In this document: positions 1 to 13,545 of the stretch, one piece after another
Layout of the letters: every line of letters begins with the position of its first letter
Position numbering within the stretch: position 1 is the stretch's first letter
Source: Mytilus californianus
Taxonomy: Eukaryota
Direction: 5' to 3'
Assembly (NCBI RefSeq): GCF_021869535.1
Contig: NW_026262582.1
Coordinates: 47,864,001-47,928,000 of the forward strand
DNA: 64,000 nt
Translations under genes and position numbers: made by a program
Notes under the pieces: generated by a model
Database searches by the model: none
What the model was told of the DNA's origin: nothing
The model's input: the letters and a program-made list of their open reading frames with translations, nothing else

Positions 1-3000
1 ACAACCGCCATTGCATCTACAACTGATGCTTCGTCTTTAAGAACTTCTTCATATACAACCAATGCTACACCCTCAACGACTACTTCATCTTCAACCGATG
101 ATACACCTAAAATCACTACAACATCTACAACCGATGCTACCCTTACAACCACTACTGCATCTACTACCAATACTAAGCCTACAATCACTACTTCACCTAC
201 AACCGATGTTACGCCTACAATCACTACTGCATCTACAACCGATGCTACGCTTTCAACCACTATTGCATCTACAACCGGTGCTCTGCCTACAATCACTATC
301 GAATTTACAACGGATGCCACGTCTACGATTACTACTTCACCTACAAATGATCTAACGCCTACTAATACAAGTGCACCTACAAACAATGCTTTACCTACAA
401 CCACTGCTGCATTTACAAACGCTGTTACGCCCACCATCGCTACTTCATCAAATACCGAGGATACACCTACAACCACTAGTGCATCTAAAATCGGGGCGAC
501 GCCTACAACCACTACTTCATCCACAACCGGTGCTCCGCCTACAACAACTACTTCATCTACAACCAATGTAACGTCTACAATTACTACTGAATCTACATCC
601 GATGGTATGCCCATAACAACATCTTCAGCTACAATCGACGCTATCTCTACAATCACTGCTTTACCGATAACCAATATTGCATCTACAACCGATGCTACGA
701 ATACAATCACTACCAAATCTAAAACCGATGCTAAGCCTACAACCACTGATTCGTCTACAATCACAACTGAATATACAACGAATGCTACGCATACAACCGC
801 TACCGAATCGACAACCGATGCTCTGTCTTCAATTACTACTGCATCTACTACCGATACTATGCCTACAATCACTACTTCACCTACAACCGATGTTACGCCA
901 ACAATCTCTACTGCATCTACAACCGATGCTATGCTTACAACCACTACTGCATCTACAACCGATGTTCTGCCTACAATCACTATCGAATTTACAACGGATG
1001 CTACGTCTACGATCACTACTTCTCCTACCAACGATCTAACGCCTACAACTACCAGTGCACCTACAACCAATACTTTACCTACAATCACTACTTCATTAAC
1101 AAACGCTGTTACGCCCACAATCGCTACTTCATCAAATATCGAGGATACACCTACAACCACTAGTGCATCTAAAATCTGGGCAACGCCTACAACAACTACT
1201 TCATCCACAACCGTTGCTCCGCTTACAACAACTACTTCACCTTCAACCAATGTAACGTCTACAATTACTACTGAATCTACATCCGATAGTATGCCTACAA
1301 CTACTGATTCGTCTACAATAACAACTGATTCTACAACGAATGCTACGCAAACAATCGACACCGAATCTACAACTGATGCTATGCCTACAATTACTACTGC
1401 ATCTACTACCGATACTAAGTCTACAATCACTACTTCACCTACAACCGATGTTACGCCTACAATCACTACTGCATCTACAGCCGATGCTACGCTTACAACC
1501 ACTACTGCATCTACAACCAATGCTACGCATACACTCACTACCGAATATGTTACCAATGCTAAGCCTACAACCACTCACTTGCCTTCAACCGATTCTACAA
1601 ATGCAATCACTACCGAATCTACAACAGATGCAATTCTAACAGTCACTAATGCACCTACAAACGGTGATACGGCTACAACCACTATTTTATTTACATCCAA
1701 ATCTACGCCATCAACCCCAATTGCAACTACAACCGAGGTTACGCATACAACCGCCATCGCATCTACAACTGATGCTTCGTCTTTAAGAACTTCTTCATAT
1801 ACAACCAATGCTACACCCTTAACGACTACTTCATCTTCAACCGATGATACACCTAAAATCACTACAACATCTACAACCGATGCTACCCTTACAACCACTA
1901 CTGCATCTACTACCAATACTAAGCCTACAATCACTACTTCACCTACAACCGATGTTACGCCTACAATCACTACTGCATCTACAACCGATGCTACGCTTTC
2001 TACCACTATTGCATCTACAACCGGTGCTCCGCCTACAACAACTACTTCATCTACAACCAATGTAACGTCTACAATTACTACTGAATCTACATCCGATGGT
2101 ATGCCCATAACAACATCTTCAGCTACAATCGACGCTACCTCTACAATCACTGCTTTACCGATAACCAATATTGCATCTACAACCGATGCTACGATTACAA
2201 TCACTACCAAATCTAAAACCGATGCTAAGCCTACAACCACTGATTCGTCTACAATCACAACTGAATTTACAACGAATGCTACGCATACAACCGCTACCGA
2301 ATCTACAACCGATGCTATGTCTTCAATTACTACTGCATCTACTACCGATACTATGCCTACAATCACTACTTCACCTACAACCGATGTTACGCCAACAATC
2401 TCTACTGCATCTACAACCGATGCTACGCTTACAACCACTACTGCATCTACAACCGGTGTTCTGCCTACAATCACTATCGAATTTACAACGGATGCTACGT
2501 CTACGATCACTACTTCACCTACAAACGATCTAACGCCTACAACTACCAGTGCACCTACAACCAATACTTTACCTACAATCACTACTGCATTTACAAACGC
2601 TGTTACGCCCACCATCGCTACTTCATCAAATATCGAGGATACACCTACAACCACCAGTGCATCTAAAATCGGGGCAACGCCTACAACAACTACTTCATCC
2701 ACAACCGGTGCTCCGCCTACAACAACTACTTCATCTACAACCAATGTAACGTCTACAATTACTACTGAATCTACATCCGATGGTATGCCTACAACTACTG
2801 ATTCGTCTACAATAACAACTGAATCTGCAACGAATGCTACGCACACAATCGACACCAAATTTACAACGGATGCTATGCCTACAATTACTACTGCATCTAC
2901 TACCGATACTAAGCCTACAATCACTACTTCACCTACAACCGATGTTACGCCTACAATCACTACTGCATCTACAGCCGATGCTACGCATACAACCACTACT

Positions 3001-4558
3001 GCATCTACAACCAATGCTACGCATACACTCACTACCGAATCTACAACCGATGCTATGCCTTCAATTACTACTGCGTCTACTACCGATACTAAGCCTACAA
3101 TCACTACTTCACCGACAATCGATGTTACGCCTACAATCAGTACTGCATCTACAGCCGATGCTACGCTTACAACCACTACTGCATCTACAACCAATGCTAC
3201 GCATACACTCACTACCGAATTTGTTACCGATGCTAAGCCTACAACCACTCACTTGCCTTCAACCGATTCTACAAATGCAATCACTACCGAATCTACAACA
3301 GATGCAATTCTAACAGCCACTAATGCACCTACAAACGTAGATACGGCTACAACCACTATTTTATTTACGTCCAAACCTACGCTATCAACCCCAATTGCAA
3401 CTACAACCGACATTACGCCTACAACCGCCATTGCATCTACAACTGATGCTTCGACTTTAAGAACTTCTTCATATACAACCAATGCTACACCCTCAACGAC
3501 TACTTCATCTTCAACCGATGATACACCTAAAATCACTACAACATCTACAACTGATGCTACCCTTACAACCACTACTGCATCTATTACCAATACTAAGCCT
3601 ACAATCACCACTTCACCTACAACCGATGGTACGCCTACAATCACTATTGCATCTACAACCGGTGCTCTGCCTACAATCACTATCGAATTTACAACGGATG
3701 CTACGTCTACGATCACTACTTCACCTACAAACGATCTAACGCCTACTACTACAGGTGCACCTACAACCAATGCTTTACCTACAACCACTACTGCATTTAC
3801 AAACGCTGTTACGCCCACCATCGCTATTTCATCAAATACCGAGGATACACCTACAACCACTACTGCATCTACAACCAATGCTACGCATACACTCACTACC
3901 GAATCTATTACCGATGCTAAGCCTACAACCACTGACTTGCCTACAACCGATTCTACAAATGCAATCACTACCGAATCTACAACAGATGCAATGCTAACAG
4001 TCACTAATTCACCTACAAACGATGATACGGCTACGACCACTATTTTATTTACATCCAAATCTACGCCATCAACCCCAATTGCAACTACAACCGAGGTTAC
4101 GCCTACAACGCCTATAATCACTACTGCATCTACAACCAATGCTACGCTTACAACCACTACTACAACAACAACTTCTCCTACAACTATTACTTCTCCTACA
4201 ACAAATACTTCTTCCACAACTTCTACTTCTCCAACAACAACTACTTCTCCCACAACTTCTACTTCTCCAACAACAACTACTTCTCCCACAACTTTTACTT
4301 CTCCAACAACAACTACTTCTCCAACAACAACTACTTCTCCCACAACTTCTTCTTCTCCAACAACAACTACTTCTCCCACAACTTCTACTTCTCCAACAAC
4401 AACTACCTCTCCTACAACAACTACTTCTCCAACAACCACTATTACACCTACAACGGTTTTCCCACCTACAGCCGCTACTAAACCGAGAACAACTTCTACT
4501 TCTACAACCAGTTTACACACGTCAACAATGGTCCCTGGGAAAGTGCCAGTAAATACAG
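1..4558 (+). CDS. Membrane mucin, giant Thr/Ser/Pro-rich (PTS) exon; 5' end lies outside the window
   Basis: Frame 1 is open from base 1 (TTAIASTTDA...) through ORF 607..4575. It is very Thr-rich with long internal repeats. Probable phase-1 donor ACAG|GTTTGC at 4558/4559, which joins in frame to the downstream exons. Confidence 0.9.
4159..4440 (+). repeat. Coding tandem repeat of SPTTTT/SPTTST hexapeptides (18-nt unit)
   Basis: Repeated acttctccaacaacaact-like units at the end of the PTS exon. Confidence 0.9.
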
Positions 4559-5164
4559 GTTTGCTCATATTGTAATTTAATGCATGTTGTATTTATTTTG
4601 GAATCCTAAACAAAATTTTGAAAAGAGAAAACACCTTTAAGTTACAAAATGCGGATTTTGAACAGCTTATTTTATAATTTGTCTTTTTGTTTTTCTTTTC
4701 CCACTCTCATCTTTTATTTGGCTTCACATTTCATTTCAACAAGCAAATATGACCATTTATAAATTATGTCAGAAAAATTTATGTTGGGGAAAATGAAAAT
4801 AATATTGTATATACTTCACTGGTTTAAGCTGTCACAGTTTGCCTTTTGTTTTTCAAAATACAGCAGTATGACACCTTTATATATGTGCACCAATGGGTGG
4901 TTGAAAATAGATTTATCATAGCAGAACTATTTTATATGAGATTTTAACAGTGAAGTAACATTAAGTAGAGTGACTTATACGTATTTATTTTTTGTTTACT
5001 TAAAATCTAATAGTTGTTCTGCGTATTTGTTCATTCATTTAAATTGTCCTTGAAATATACCGACTACTACGAGTTATTCGAATATTCCCATTTTCATATT
5101 ATTTATATGTTCGATTTGAACTTCTTGTTATCTCCTTAATTCCTTTAAGGAGTTAACGTTTCAG

Positions 5165-5250
5165 TGCAGTTGATATTTTGTTTGAGTGGACCCCATGTAA
5201 AAATCAGGACAAATGAATCTGGAAATTTCAGAAAGAAGATACTCAAAGAT
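5165..5250 (+). CDS. Mucin exon 2, start of SEA-like module (VQLIFCLSGPHVKIRTNESGNFRKKILKD)
   Basis: tttcag acceptor and gtaagt donor; 86 nt, phase 1 to phase 0, open frame. Confidence 0.7.
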
Positions 5251-6195
5251 GTAAGTTTTATTACAAAACTCAGTTGCATTCAATTAATTCTAATCTAATT
5301 TCTTATAAGAGTCTTTTGGTTCGTTGAGCAGCGAAAATAATTGCAGTGCTGAAAGATCGTGTTTAAGGCTGCATGGAATTCAAAGTCGTTCAAATTCCGA
5401 TGCCCTGTAATGGATATTGCTTTGATTTCTATACCTCAAAATACCTTTGTTAAAACTGGTAATATTCCGTAGGGGATCTGTTCAGAGTATTTGACAGAAC
5501 TACATAACAAACCTTTTTTAAGTCATTGACTTCAGATTTCCCGTCTATCATCTAGGTCGAATCCGCAGTGATGTGCATTCTTTTATGTATTACGTAATTT
5601 CCTCTCGGGAACCAGTAGAAAATGTAAGTACTGCATTTCCGTAAGATATTTGATGTTTCCATTCATAGATTTCTACCTGTGCAGTCAATTGTAAAACTTA
5701 GCAGCCTGTTGGTGAATGATTGTACAATGTACTGTCATTGCTTTAGTGGACTAGACAATCTGTGAACGAATCTGAAGTGCCAATAATTCCTTTATTTGAT
5801 AGCAAAAATAAAAAAAAACTAAAAAAAAACAACATATTCATATATATGAGATCTTGAGCTATAAGACAGCACCTTGGCAATCCGTTATACCTAGAACAAA
5901 CAATTCCACATACCGGAATGCATAAGTATGTAACACAATTTGAAAGTTCATTTTGGGTTTATAGGTTCGAAACAAAAAATCATTGGAATCAAACAGGTAA
6001 AATAAGGGTTAATGTGTCTAGTTTTTGGAATTTTCATGAAATGCACTCACTGCATAATGATTAGATGTAAATCCAAGATTTAAACGAAAGAATGAACGGA
6101 AAAGGTGAAAAAAGACACAACGGAGGGTTATAACTTTGATTTGCCATTGTATTATTATTTTCTAATCGATAAAAATATAAAGATAAGGCGTCAGT

Positions 6196-6530
6196 AAACA
6201 TGTTTAACCCCGCCACATTCTGTATGTGCCTGTCCAAAGTCAGCACCCTGTAATTCAGTGGGTGTCGTTTGTTGCTGTATATCATATATGTTTTGTTTGA
6301 ATTGTCTTACATTTTTCATTTCGAGGCCTTTTATAGCTTACTCTGCGATATGAGTTTTGCTCATTGTTGAAGGCCGTACGGTGACCTATAGCTGTTAACT
6401 TCTATGTCATTTTTGTCTCTGGTAAAGAGTTGTCTGATTGGCAATCATACCAAATCTTTTTATTTTTCGATAAGAAGATGTTGTTTGATTGCCTTGGAGA
6501 CAACAATACACGAGAGACCAAATGACGTGG
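6196..6530 (+). mobile_element. PLE 3'-terminal fragment plus a short inverted copy of the same terminus
   Basis: Ends ...gttgtctgattggcaatcataccaaatcttttt, then aagaagatgttgtttgattgcc... in the opposite orientation. The same terminus recurs across the window. Confidence 0.6.
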
Positions 6531-6769
6531 AGGAATCATAGGTGAACCAATTTAATACAAACATTTCAGCAATGCTAACTGCCAAAATTGTTGAAAGCTA
6601 AATCAAAGTTGTTATACTACACATGTATATGCATAGACGACTTTTAAAACTAGAGACTAATTTTAAATAATCGTTTAATACTAAAATTTCAAAAATCTAG
6701 AGGTTTAGTAATTTGGTAAATACAATTTACTAAATTATTTGTTTTCTTTAATTTTGATTTTTTTTTTAG

Positions 6770-6828
6770 CTTAACAGAGCGTTTGAAAATCTAACTGGAT
6801 TTATAGCAGTAAAGAACATGAACTTGAG
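6770..6828 (+). CDS. Mucin exon 3, SEA-like helix/strand (LNRAFENLTGFIAVKNMNL)
   Basis: Poly-T plus ag acceptor and ag|gtaaac donor; 59 nt, phase 0 to phase 2. Resembles the SEA segment L..F....GF..V. Confidence 0.72.
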
Positions 6829-6861
6829 GTAAACATTTTTAAAAACATTCTGTATGTGACT

Positions 6862-7139
6862 GTACTAAGTCAGGAGCCTGTAATTCAGTGGTTGTCGTTT
6901 GTTGCTTTGTACCATATTTGTTTCTCGTTCATTATTTTGTACATAAATAAGGGCGTTAGTTTTCTCGTTTGAATTGTTTTACATTTGTCATTTTGGGGCT
7001 TTTTATAGCTAACTATGCGGTATTGGCTTTGTTCATTGTTGAAGGCCGTATGGTGACCTATAGTTGTTAATTTCTGTGTCATTTGGTCTCTTGTGGAGAG
7101 TTGTCTCATTGGCAATCATACCACATCTTCTTTTTTTAT
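6862..7139 (+). mobile_element. PLE 3'-terminal fragment
   Basis: gtcaggagcctgtaattcagtggttgtcg...gagagttgtctcattggcaatcataccacatcttcttttttta. Related copies at about 36135, 37755, 44830, 50805, 53240 and 58255. Confidence 0.62.
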
Positions 7140-8063
7140 ATCCAATAAATGTATTGTTGGATTAACATGTTTAGGCATTGACATAGAAAAATGGGTAGTA
7201 AGGCATGTTGAACAAATGCCTCCCACACCTAGATAAAATGGAGATAATTTATGTTGGTCGATCATACACTATTCAATTTTAAGGAACTGTTTACTGAATT
7301 TCGTGTAATCTTTTCTCAATATGGCACATTTGAAATGAATTTTGATTTATGAACATCTAGAAGCAACTGCAACAAAGACACATGAAAGATATTTAAACGT
7401 TTTATTGTCTTTCAATTTTTTGTATTTACTTTCTTAGTTCACCAAAGAGCTGGCCAGAAATTTAAATCACTGTTCTAGTAATTTTAAACAGACACCAAAA
7501 TCAGTAGTATGGAAGTCATTAAACAATAAAAAATGTCATTTTAATAACATTCAAATCTCTGACTTTGTAATATTCTGTGTCATTTTAGTAGCAAGGCAAT
7601 TAGATAAAAGGTTTGATGTACAGAAGACAAAATTCTAAAAGTATTCTAGGAATACTTGTTTTTGAGAAAAATAATATTGTAATGCCTGTAAACAATGGGC
7701 GATTTAGGTCAATGATTCACAGTAACCGTATAATGAATTGGCTACAATTGTACAATTAACAAACTTTAAACATAGCAAGTTGTCATAATTGCATAAAAAA
7801 ATTGTTAAAATTTTTTTTTTTTAAATTGAAAACGTCGGTAGCGTATATATTTGGTATGCATTTCCTCAATGTAATTGGGGTTCTTTTATAAATGAACGTA
7901 TCCTATACGTACAAAAACTAATACCACATGAATGATTGAATGAATGAAATAGTTAATGTGTTAACGTTTAAATAATTACAGAGAAAATCCAGTTATCTTG
8001 ATTATATTGTTCAAATGATGTTATATGAACAATCATCTTGATTTATTTACTTACACGCAGATA

Positions 8064-9588
8064 TACTGAGTGCCAATGAAAACGCAACACTTGTAAATTT
8101 CAAATATTTTAAAATATATAAATATTTTTTTTAAATGATTACCTATATCGGTTTGAAAATGAATCGTCAGACTTCTTTCGACAACTTTACGCTTGAATGA
8201 TTTTAGAAAAAAAAAGTTACGTGCTTACGTTACAGAAAAAGGGGGTGAGTCGAGTGCACCGCTATTTTTCGCACGAGTGATTTTTTCATTGTGTGTTTTG
8301 GAAAGCCTCGCTTAAGAATTTAACTTTCCCATCCTTTTTTGTAAGCCACTGCAATAAACTAAGGCGTAGATGCCAAGACTTTCAGACAACCAGAGACATG
8401 AAGTTTGGGGCATGGTGCAAGGAGGCATTTCAAGTCGTGAAATTGCACGCAGAATTCAGTGTTCAGCCTCAACAATTACCAGACTTATCCAAAGATTCAA
8501 TCAAACTGGGTCTTTGAATGATAGACCACGTCCCGGAAGACAGAGAGCAACTACTGCCCAACAGGACCGATACATTCGTCTTCAGCATCTGCGAGATCGG
8601 TTCCGTGCGGCTGTCCAAACGGCACGGGAGACTGTCGGCGTCCATAGGAGACAAATTGGAGCAAACACGGTAAGACGCCGTTTGCGCAGCAGTGGATTAA
8701 GGGCACGGAGGCCTTTCCGTGGTAACATTCTGACAGCAGTACGACGCCAAAATCGCTTTAGATGGACACAACAGCGTCAGAGATGGTCACACAGGCAATG
8801 GACAACTGTCTTATGGACGGACGAATCAAGATTCCATCTTCGTCGTAGTGATGGACGAACTCGTGTGTGGAGACGAAGAGGAGAACGCTATGCAGATTCG
8901 TGTATCCAAGAGACAGATCGTTGAGGTGGTGGTAGTGTCATGGTATGGGGAGGAATATCATTCAACCATAAAACTCCGCTCATCACTATCAATGGCAATT
9001 TAAACGCTCAACGCTACATTGACGAAGTTTTACGGCCGACCGTTATACCGTTTATGGCTAGGCATCAAGATGTTAATCTTTTTCAGCAAGATAACGCTCG
9101 TGCACACTCCGCACGACTCACAACTGCGTTTATCAACAACAACCATGTTCAGACATTACCATGGCCAGCCTTTTCGCCGGATTTGAGTCCAATTGAACAC
9201 TTATGGGATCAAATTGGACAAGCCGTAAGACGACGACAGCCACCACCAGTTACGCTGCGCCAACTCGAAATTGCATTGCGGAAAAAATGGACAAACATTC
9301 CACAACACCGTATCCGACGTCTGGTCAGGTCAATGCCACGTCGTTGTAGAGCTTGCGTTGCAGCACGCGGTGGACACATTCGTTATAGAGACTGTGAGTT
9401 AGTGAACTGTAGCGTTGTGATGCATAACCGTATTGCATTCGAATCGTGGCAGTTGAACATTTTTGTTTGACTTTTATCTTTAGATAAACCCTTTAACTGT
9501 CATTAACAATTACTATATAGAAAATATTATTTTGTATAAAAATTTTATTTCTAAAAAACTTAGTGTTGCGTTTTCATGGCACTCAGTA
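8064..9588 (+). mobile_element. Tc1/mariner DNA transposon (DD34E), full length
   Basis: About 27-bp TIRs tactgagtgcca(a)tgaaaacgcaacact / agtgttgcgttttcatggcactcagta, flanked by TA on both sides, with an internal transposase. Confidence 0.93.
8370..9470 (+). pseudogene. Tc1 transposase with one in-frame stop
   Basis: Paired-like HTH N-terminus; WTDESRF, QQDNARAH and SPDLSPIEHLW with 34 residues between D and E. TGA at 8922-8924 within DR*GGGSVMVWG; both ORFs are in the same frame. Confidence 0.9.
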
Positions 9589-9694
9589 TAATATAATCAT
9601 TCATCACAACTCTGCCGATTCCGTACCGCCATCTATGGAGAGAAGCGGAGTCACCCAAGGTTAGCCGATTGATAATATAAAATTATTTTTACAG

Positions 9695-9745
9695 CTTGAG
9701 AACTACAACGGGTAAGCAAAGAATACGACAACAGGTCAACAACAG
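9695..9745 (+). CDS. Mucin 51-nt symmetric mini-exon (SLRTTTGKQRIRQQVNNR)
   Basis: tttttacag acceptor and cag|gtatgt donor; phase 2-2 and frame-preserving, so it could be skipped. Confidence 0.55.
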
Positions 9746-10149
9746 GTATGTTGTTTATAAATAACCTCTGTTCCACATTAATCAGCATGAATATGACAGC
9801 AAAAGGGAGGTTATACAAACTTTAACGGGAACAGATCCCCATTCAGCCAGTCTACATACGGTTTTTGTCGCGTTCTCTGATACGTTGCATATTTTAATGA
9901 CCGAAACAGCCATAATATACTACATGTACACGTCTTTATTATGCGATACGGATTTTTTAGTATATATATATGCATTTTACATACTAAAAATTAACTAACT
10001 TAAAGTAAATTTTATCTCGAACCCAGAAATAATATTGTATAGGATATCAATACTTATATTGGTAAAAAATACTCTGTCGAAGGATCAGCTGGCTTTTAAA
10101 TGAGTTCATGCCATTAAAAATTTTTGTTAAATTTTCCTGTGTTTCAATT

Positions 10150-10690
10150 ATTCTGAAAATAATAATAAATAGGAAGGAATTGTTAATGGCAAAAATGATC
10201 AGCAATTCAAGACCGACTATTCGGTGACTCCTTAAGAAATTATGATCATGTGTTTTGCAGCACAAAAGCTCAGAAGTTTAGGATCTACAAAACATGAATG
10301 TGACCAAAAATAGTAGATGACTTCTTAAGGGAAAATGGTTCTTGAATGACGATTTTTTAAGAATGTTCGTGTTTTCTCAAGAACTATAAAATATAGATGA
10401 AAACAATAAACAGCAACAATAATCAGCAATGTATGATATAAACAAGCAATATGACCAAAACCATTGGTGAGTCCTTATAAGATTGACTGCCCGTAATTCT
10501 TTTTTTGTTGTTGCTAATTTCTAAAATGTTACAAATTATCTTGAAAACTGTAATAGATAGGTAGAAATTGTTTATAGCAAAATATGATCAGCTATACAAG
10601 AGCTACAAAAATGCAAAAATGGCCAAAACTGTTGGTGACTTTATCAGGAGTTATTGCCCTTAAACGACGATTTGTTAATATTTGTTTGTG
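10150..10690 (+). repeat. Degenerate tandem repeats resembling Helentron (HINE) internal units
   Basis: Recurrent gacc/gccaaaa...tgac...ag(g)agttattgccc-like motifs, similar to those in the 29514-30791 element. Confidence 0.35.
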
Positions 10691-11103
10691 TTTTTGTATA
10701 TCAAAACAAGGTACAAACTGTGCACTGTTAAGAGATCGGCAATACAGGATTTACGAAAATGAAATTATGGATTGCAATAAAGCTAAACATTAATATAAGA
10801 ATGGCATATCTTTATCTGTTGAGCGTGTTTGGCTTTTAGAAGCCTCTTGTTTAAAACGCAATGCCGTGGAAGTCTGTCATAATTTGAAGTTCCTTTTTGT
10901 TATTCTCAGAAAATTAATTTTCTATAAATTGTTAATTGTTACAGTACGAAAACTACGACGCAGCACGATTTAAAAAACATGGCTAATATCTGAACTTGAA
11001 AGTATCACAAAAATAATTTTGGAAAACCTTGGAATACCCAATAGCTATCAGTGGTCTTGTTACATGTAAAAGTTATCAAACCCGAATGCATTATTTTTTT
11101 CAG

Positions 11104-11273
11104 AAGCTGTGTACTAGTAAAACTAGTGTTGATTGTTCAACCATACATCAACACTACTGATAGAAATGTCACCGATATAACAAACGATATTTATATAATA
11201 ATTAACGGATCACAGAAAATAGGAATTTATATAATTATCGAACATCAGACATTACAAGAGCTGTTAGAATTAG
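11104..11273 (+). CDS. Mucin exon, second half of SEA-like module (RSCVLVKLVLIV...QELLEL)
   Basis: ttttttcag acceptor and tag|gtaagc donor; 170 nt, phase 2 to phase 1. SCVLV aligns with the SEA GSVVV strand. Confidence 0.78.
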
Positions 11274-11822
11274 GTAAGCTCAAACTTAAAAAAAATCTTG
11301 TAAGCTATTAAATGTTAACTTGGAAAACGCAATTTGACTTAACGACTGAAACCCAGTGTAAAACATACATTTAACTGAGAAATGTATAACTTGATTGGGT
11401 GTAGCGTGTCTTTCCATAGCACAACACACTGAAACACATGATAACGTAAACGTTGGGTACTAATCATCATAAGACAGCAACCAGGCAACAATACGTTATA
11501 AATAATGGGAAAGTACTCAAGTTGGCCACCATTTTGGTAATGTTTTACTCAATATACATTTTTAGAATAACCGCTAGGCAAACGCATTATGATTTTAAAG
11601 ATTGTAAAGACTGACTAGTATTGTAGATATCTACGGAGTATAGATTCGATAAGCAATGATTGTCTATGCTTTAAACCTAAAGTGTTCTTAAACATATCGT
11701 CAGATATAACTAACGATTGTCATGCATTAATAAGATTTAAGTATGCATAATTTAATGTAATATTATCTATAATGTTTGGTTTTTTTTTTTTTTTTTTTCA
11801 AATTTCTTGTACTTGTTTCTAG

Positions 11823-11976
11823 TGAAATCGGCAGTAAAAATAATTGAGCCTCAACTATGTTCCAAAGAATACAGATTCGACAGTGGATTTTGTTACTTGT
11901 ATGCACCTTGCATAAACAATCCTTGTCAACATGGCGGGAATTGCGTAGTCAACATACAACGAAAACCGACATGCAT
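11823..11976 (+). CDS. Mucin exon, EGF domain C1-C4 (CINNPCQHGGNCVVNIQRKPTC)
   Basis: tttctag acceptor, 154 nt, phase 1 to phase 2, classic EGF Cys spacing. The donor implied by frame is non-canonical (AT|GAAAGT). Confidence 0.8.
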
Positions 11977-13059
11977 GAAAGTGGTTGTATTGGCAAACCA
12001 TCGATTATTATTTTTTACGCGGCTTTAATTTGTTATGTTTCTACTATAACTGGCACTCAGAATCTACTACTCTCAATACTTTTAAAAAGACTAGTTGACT
12101 ACAGCTTTTATTAGAATTCTTCGACTGCACTACTTAGGTCTACTCATCCCGTAATTATGATCCTAGTTTAAAGCTGTGACTTTCGGCCTCTTTTACCTAT
12201 CTACTTTTATACAATATAATATTATGATTTTCAGTCTATGGAAAGTGTGAATCAAGAAATCTGTTTCTTATGTAGAATAGCGATATTTTTTTTTGGTAAA
12301 TGAGATGCATTGTGGGGAAATCTCAGACGACTTTTGACATTTGTAGGAATAAATGAAAATTCATCTGAAAGTACTTGTGTATTCTTTTTAAAACATGAAC
12401 GTATTAAACAGGACAAACGTATATACAACTTGCAATGTACTTTGAACATTTAATCCCAAGTATGTTGTTTATATGCATTAAATAAAACCTATGATTTTGA
12501 GTTGTCCAAATACTTTGACAATAATGTACCAAAGACAGTGGAATGGCCATTGAACTTATTCGATTGCATTCTACGCCATAATCACTTGTAATAAGACAAT
12601 TTTTTCTTATATGAGTGCGACGTTTTTATAATAGAAAAGCGATAAAATTATGCCTTTATTATGAAAAAAATTTCCAATGCGATATTTTTCTAATAGATAC
12701 ACGATACTGTTTTCATATGAAAAACATACGATAAAATGGCACAAAACATCCTAACAAAGTAGAAACATCGACAATTATTCATGACAGGTTCGATGGTACA
12801 GGCAAAGTATCACTGAAATTTCGTATAGATGATGTACGTATACATTAAACCAATTATACGCATATAAAGAAATAGACACAATGTATGATATCCCCTGCCC
12901 GTCGATCAATATTGCTTTTTTTCCAGATTAATATTGCACAGTGTTTACAACCTCCCAACTTCCGATGAAATAATTGTCTGGTTAGTGTCACTCTAGAATA
13001 ATAAAGTGTTCAAACAGATATATGTATGTACATGTGTAGCATCTGTCATATCTATTTGT

Positions 13060-13545
13060 AATTTTGATACGATGTGACAGGGCGTGTATTTCCTTGATCG
13101 AGGGTTGCTGCTCACAAGAAGAGTTCCAAGTGGTGAAGTTGAAATCATCCCTTCGGAAATTTTACGGACGCCATCACGAGTTGGTTGACCGTTATGGGAT
13201 ATCCGTTTCACAGATGACAATGATATGTTCCAATTGTCCTAACTACTATCCCGTCCCCTTTTCCTGAATGTAATCTACCGAATTAGACTTATCACCGGGT
13301 TTGTACTAAAATGAGCAACACGACGGGTGCCACATGTGGAGCAAGATCTGCTTACCCTTCCGACTCACCTGAGATGACCCCCAGTTTTGATGGGGTTCGT
13401 GTTGCTCAGTCTTTATTTTTATATGTTGTGTTTTGTGTACTGTTGTTTGTCTGTTTGTCTTTTTCTTTTGAAACCATGGCTTTGTCATTTTTTTTTCGAC
13501 TTACGAATTTGAACGTCCCTTTTGTATCTTTCGCCTCTCTTTCAA
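13060..13545 (+). mobile_element. PLE 3' fragment (RT thumb and 3' UTR), decayed
   Basis: Translates ...FQVVKLKSSLRKFYGRHHELVDRYGISVSQMT, homologous to the RT C-termini at about 29000, 39900 and 42050. Confidence 0.75.

Noticed and set aside
1575-4568. Long Val-rich antisense ORFs (1575-3248, 3249-4568) and Leu/Gln-rich alternate-frame ORFs
   Set aside because: They are shadows of the ACN-rich mucin repeat, whose codon pattern avoids stops in other frames.
4559-4575. ORF stop at 4575 as the true end of the mucin
   Set aside because: A donor at 4559 links in frame to SEA, EGF and TM exons; the last codons are probably intronic.
8061-8093. Apparent small exon (cag|ATATACTGAG...CTT|gtaaat)
   Set aside because: It is the left TIR of the Tc1 element, and its phase does not fit the exon chain.
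8922-8924. In-frame TGA in the Tc1 transposase as selenocysteine
   Set aside because: The position is not a Cys site (W/F in DRxGGGS) and there is no SECIS in the element; ordinary nonsense mutation.
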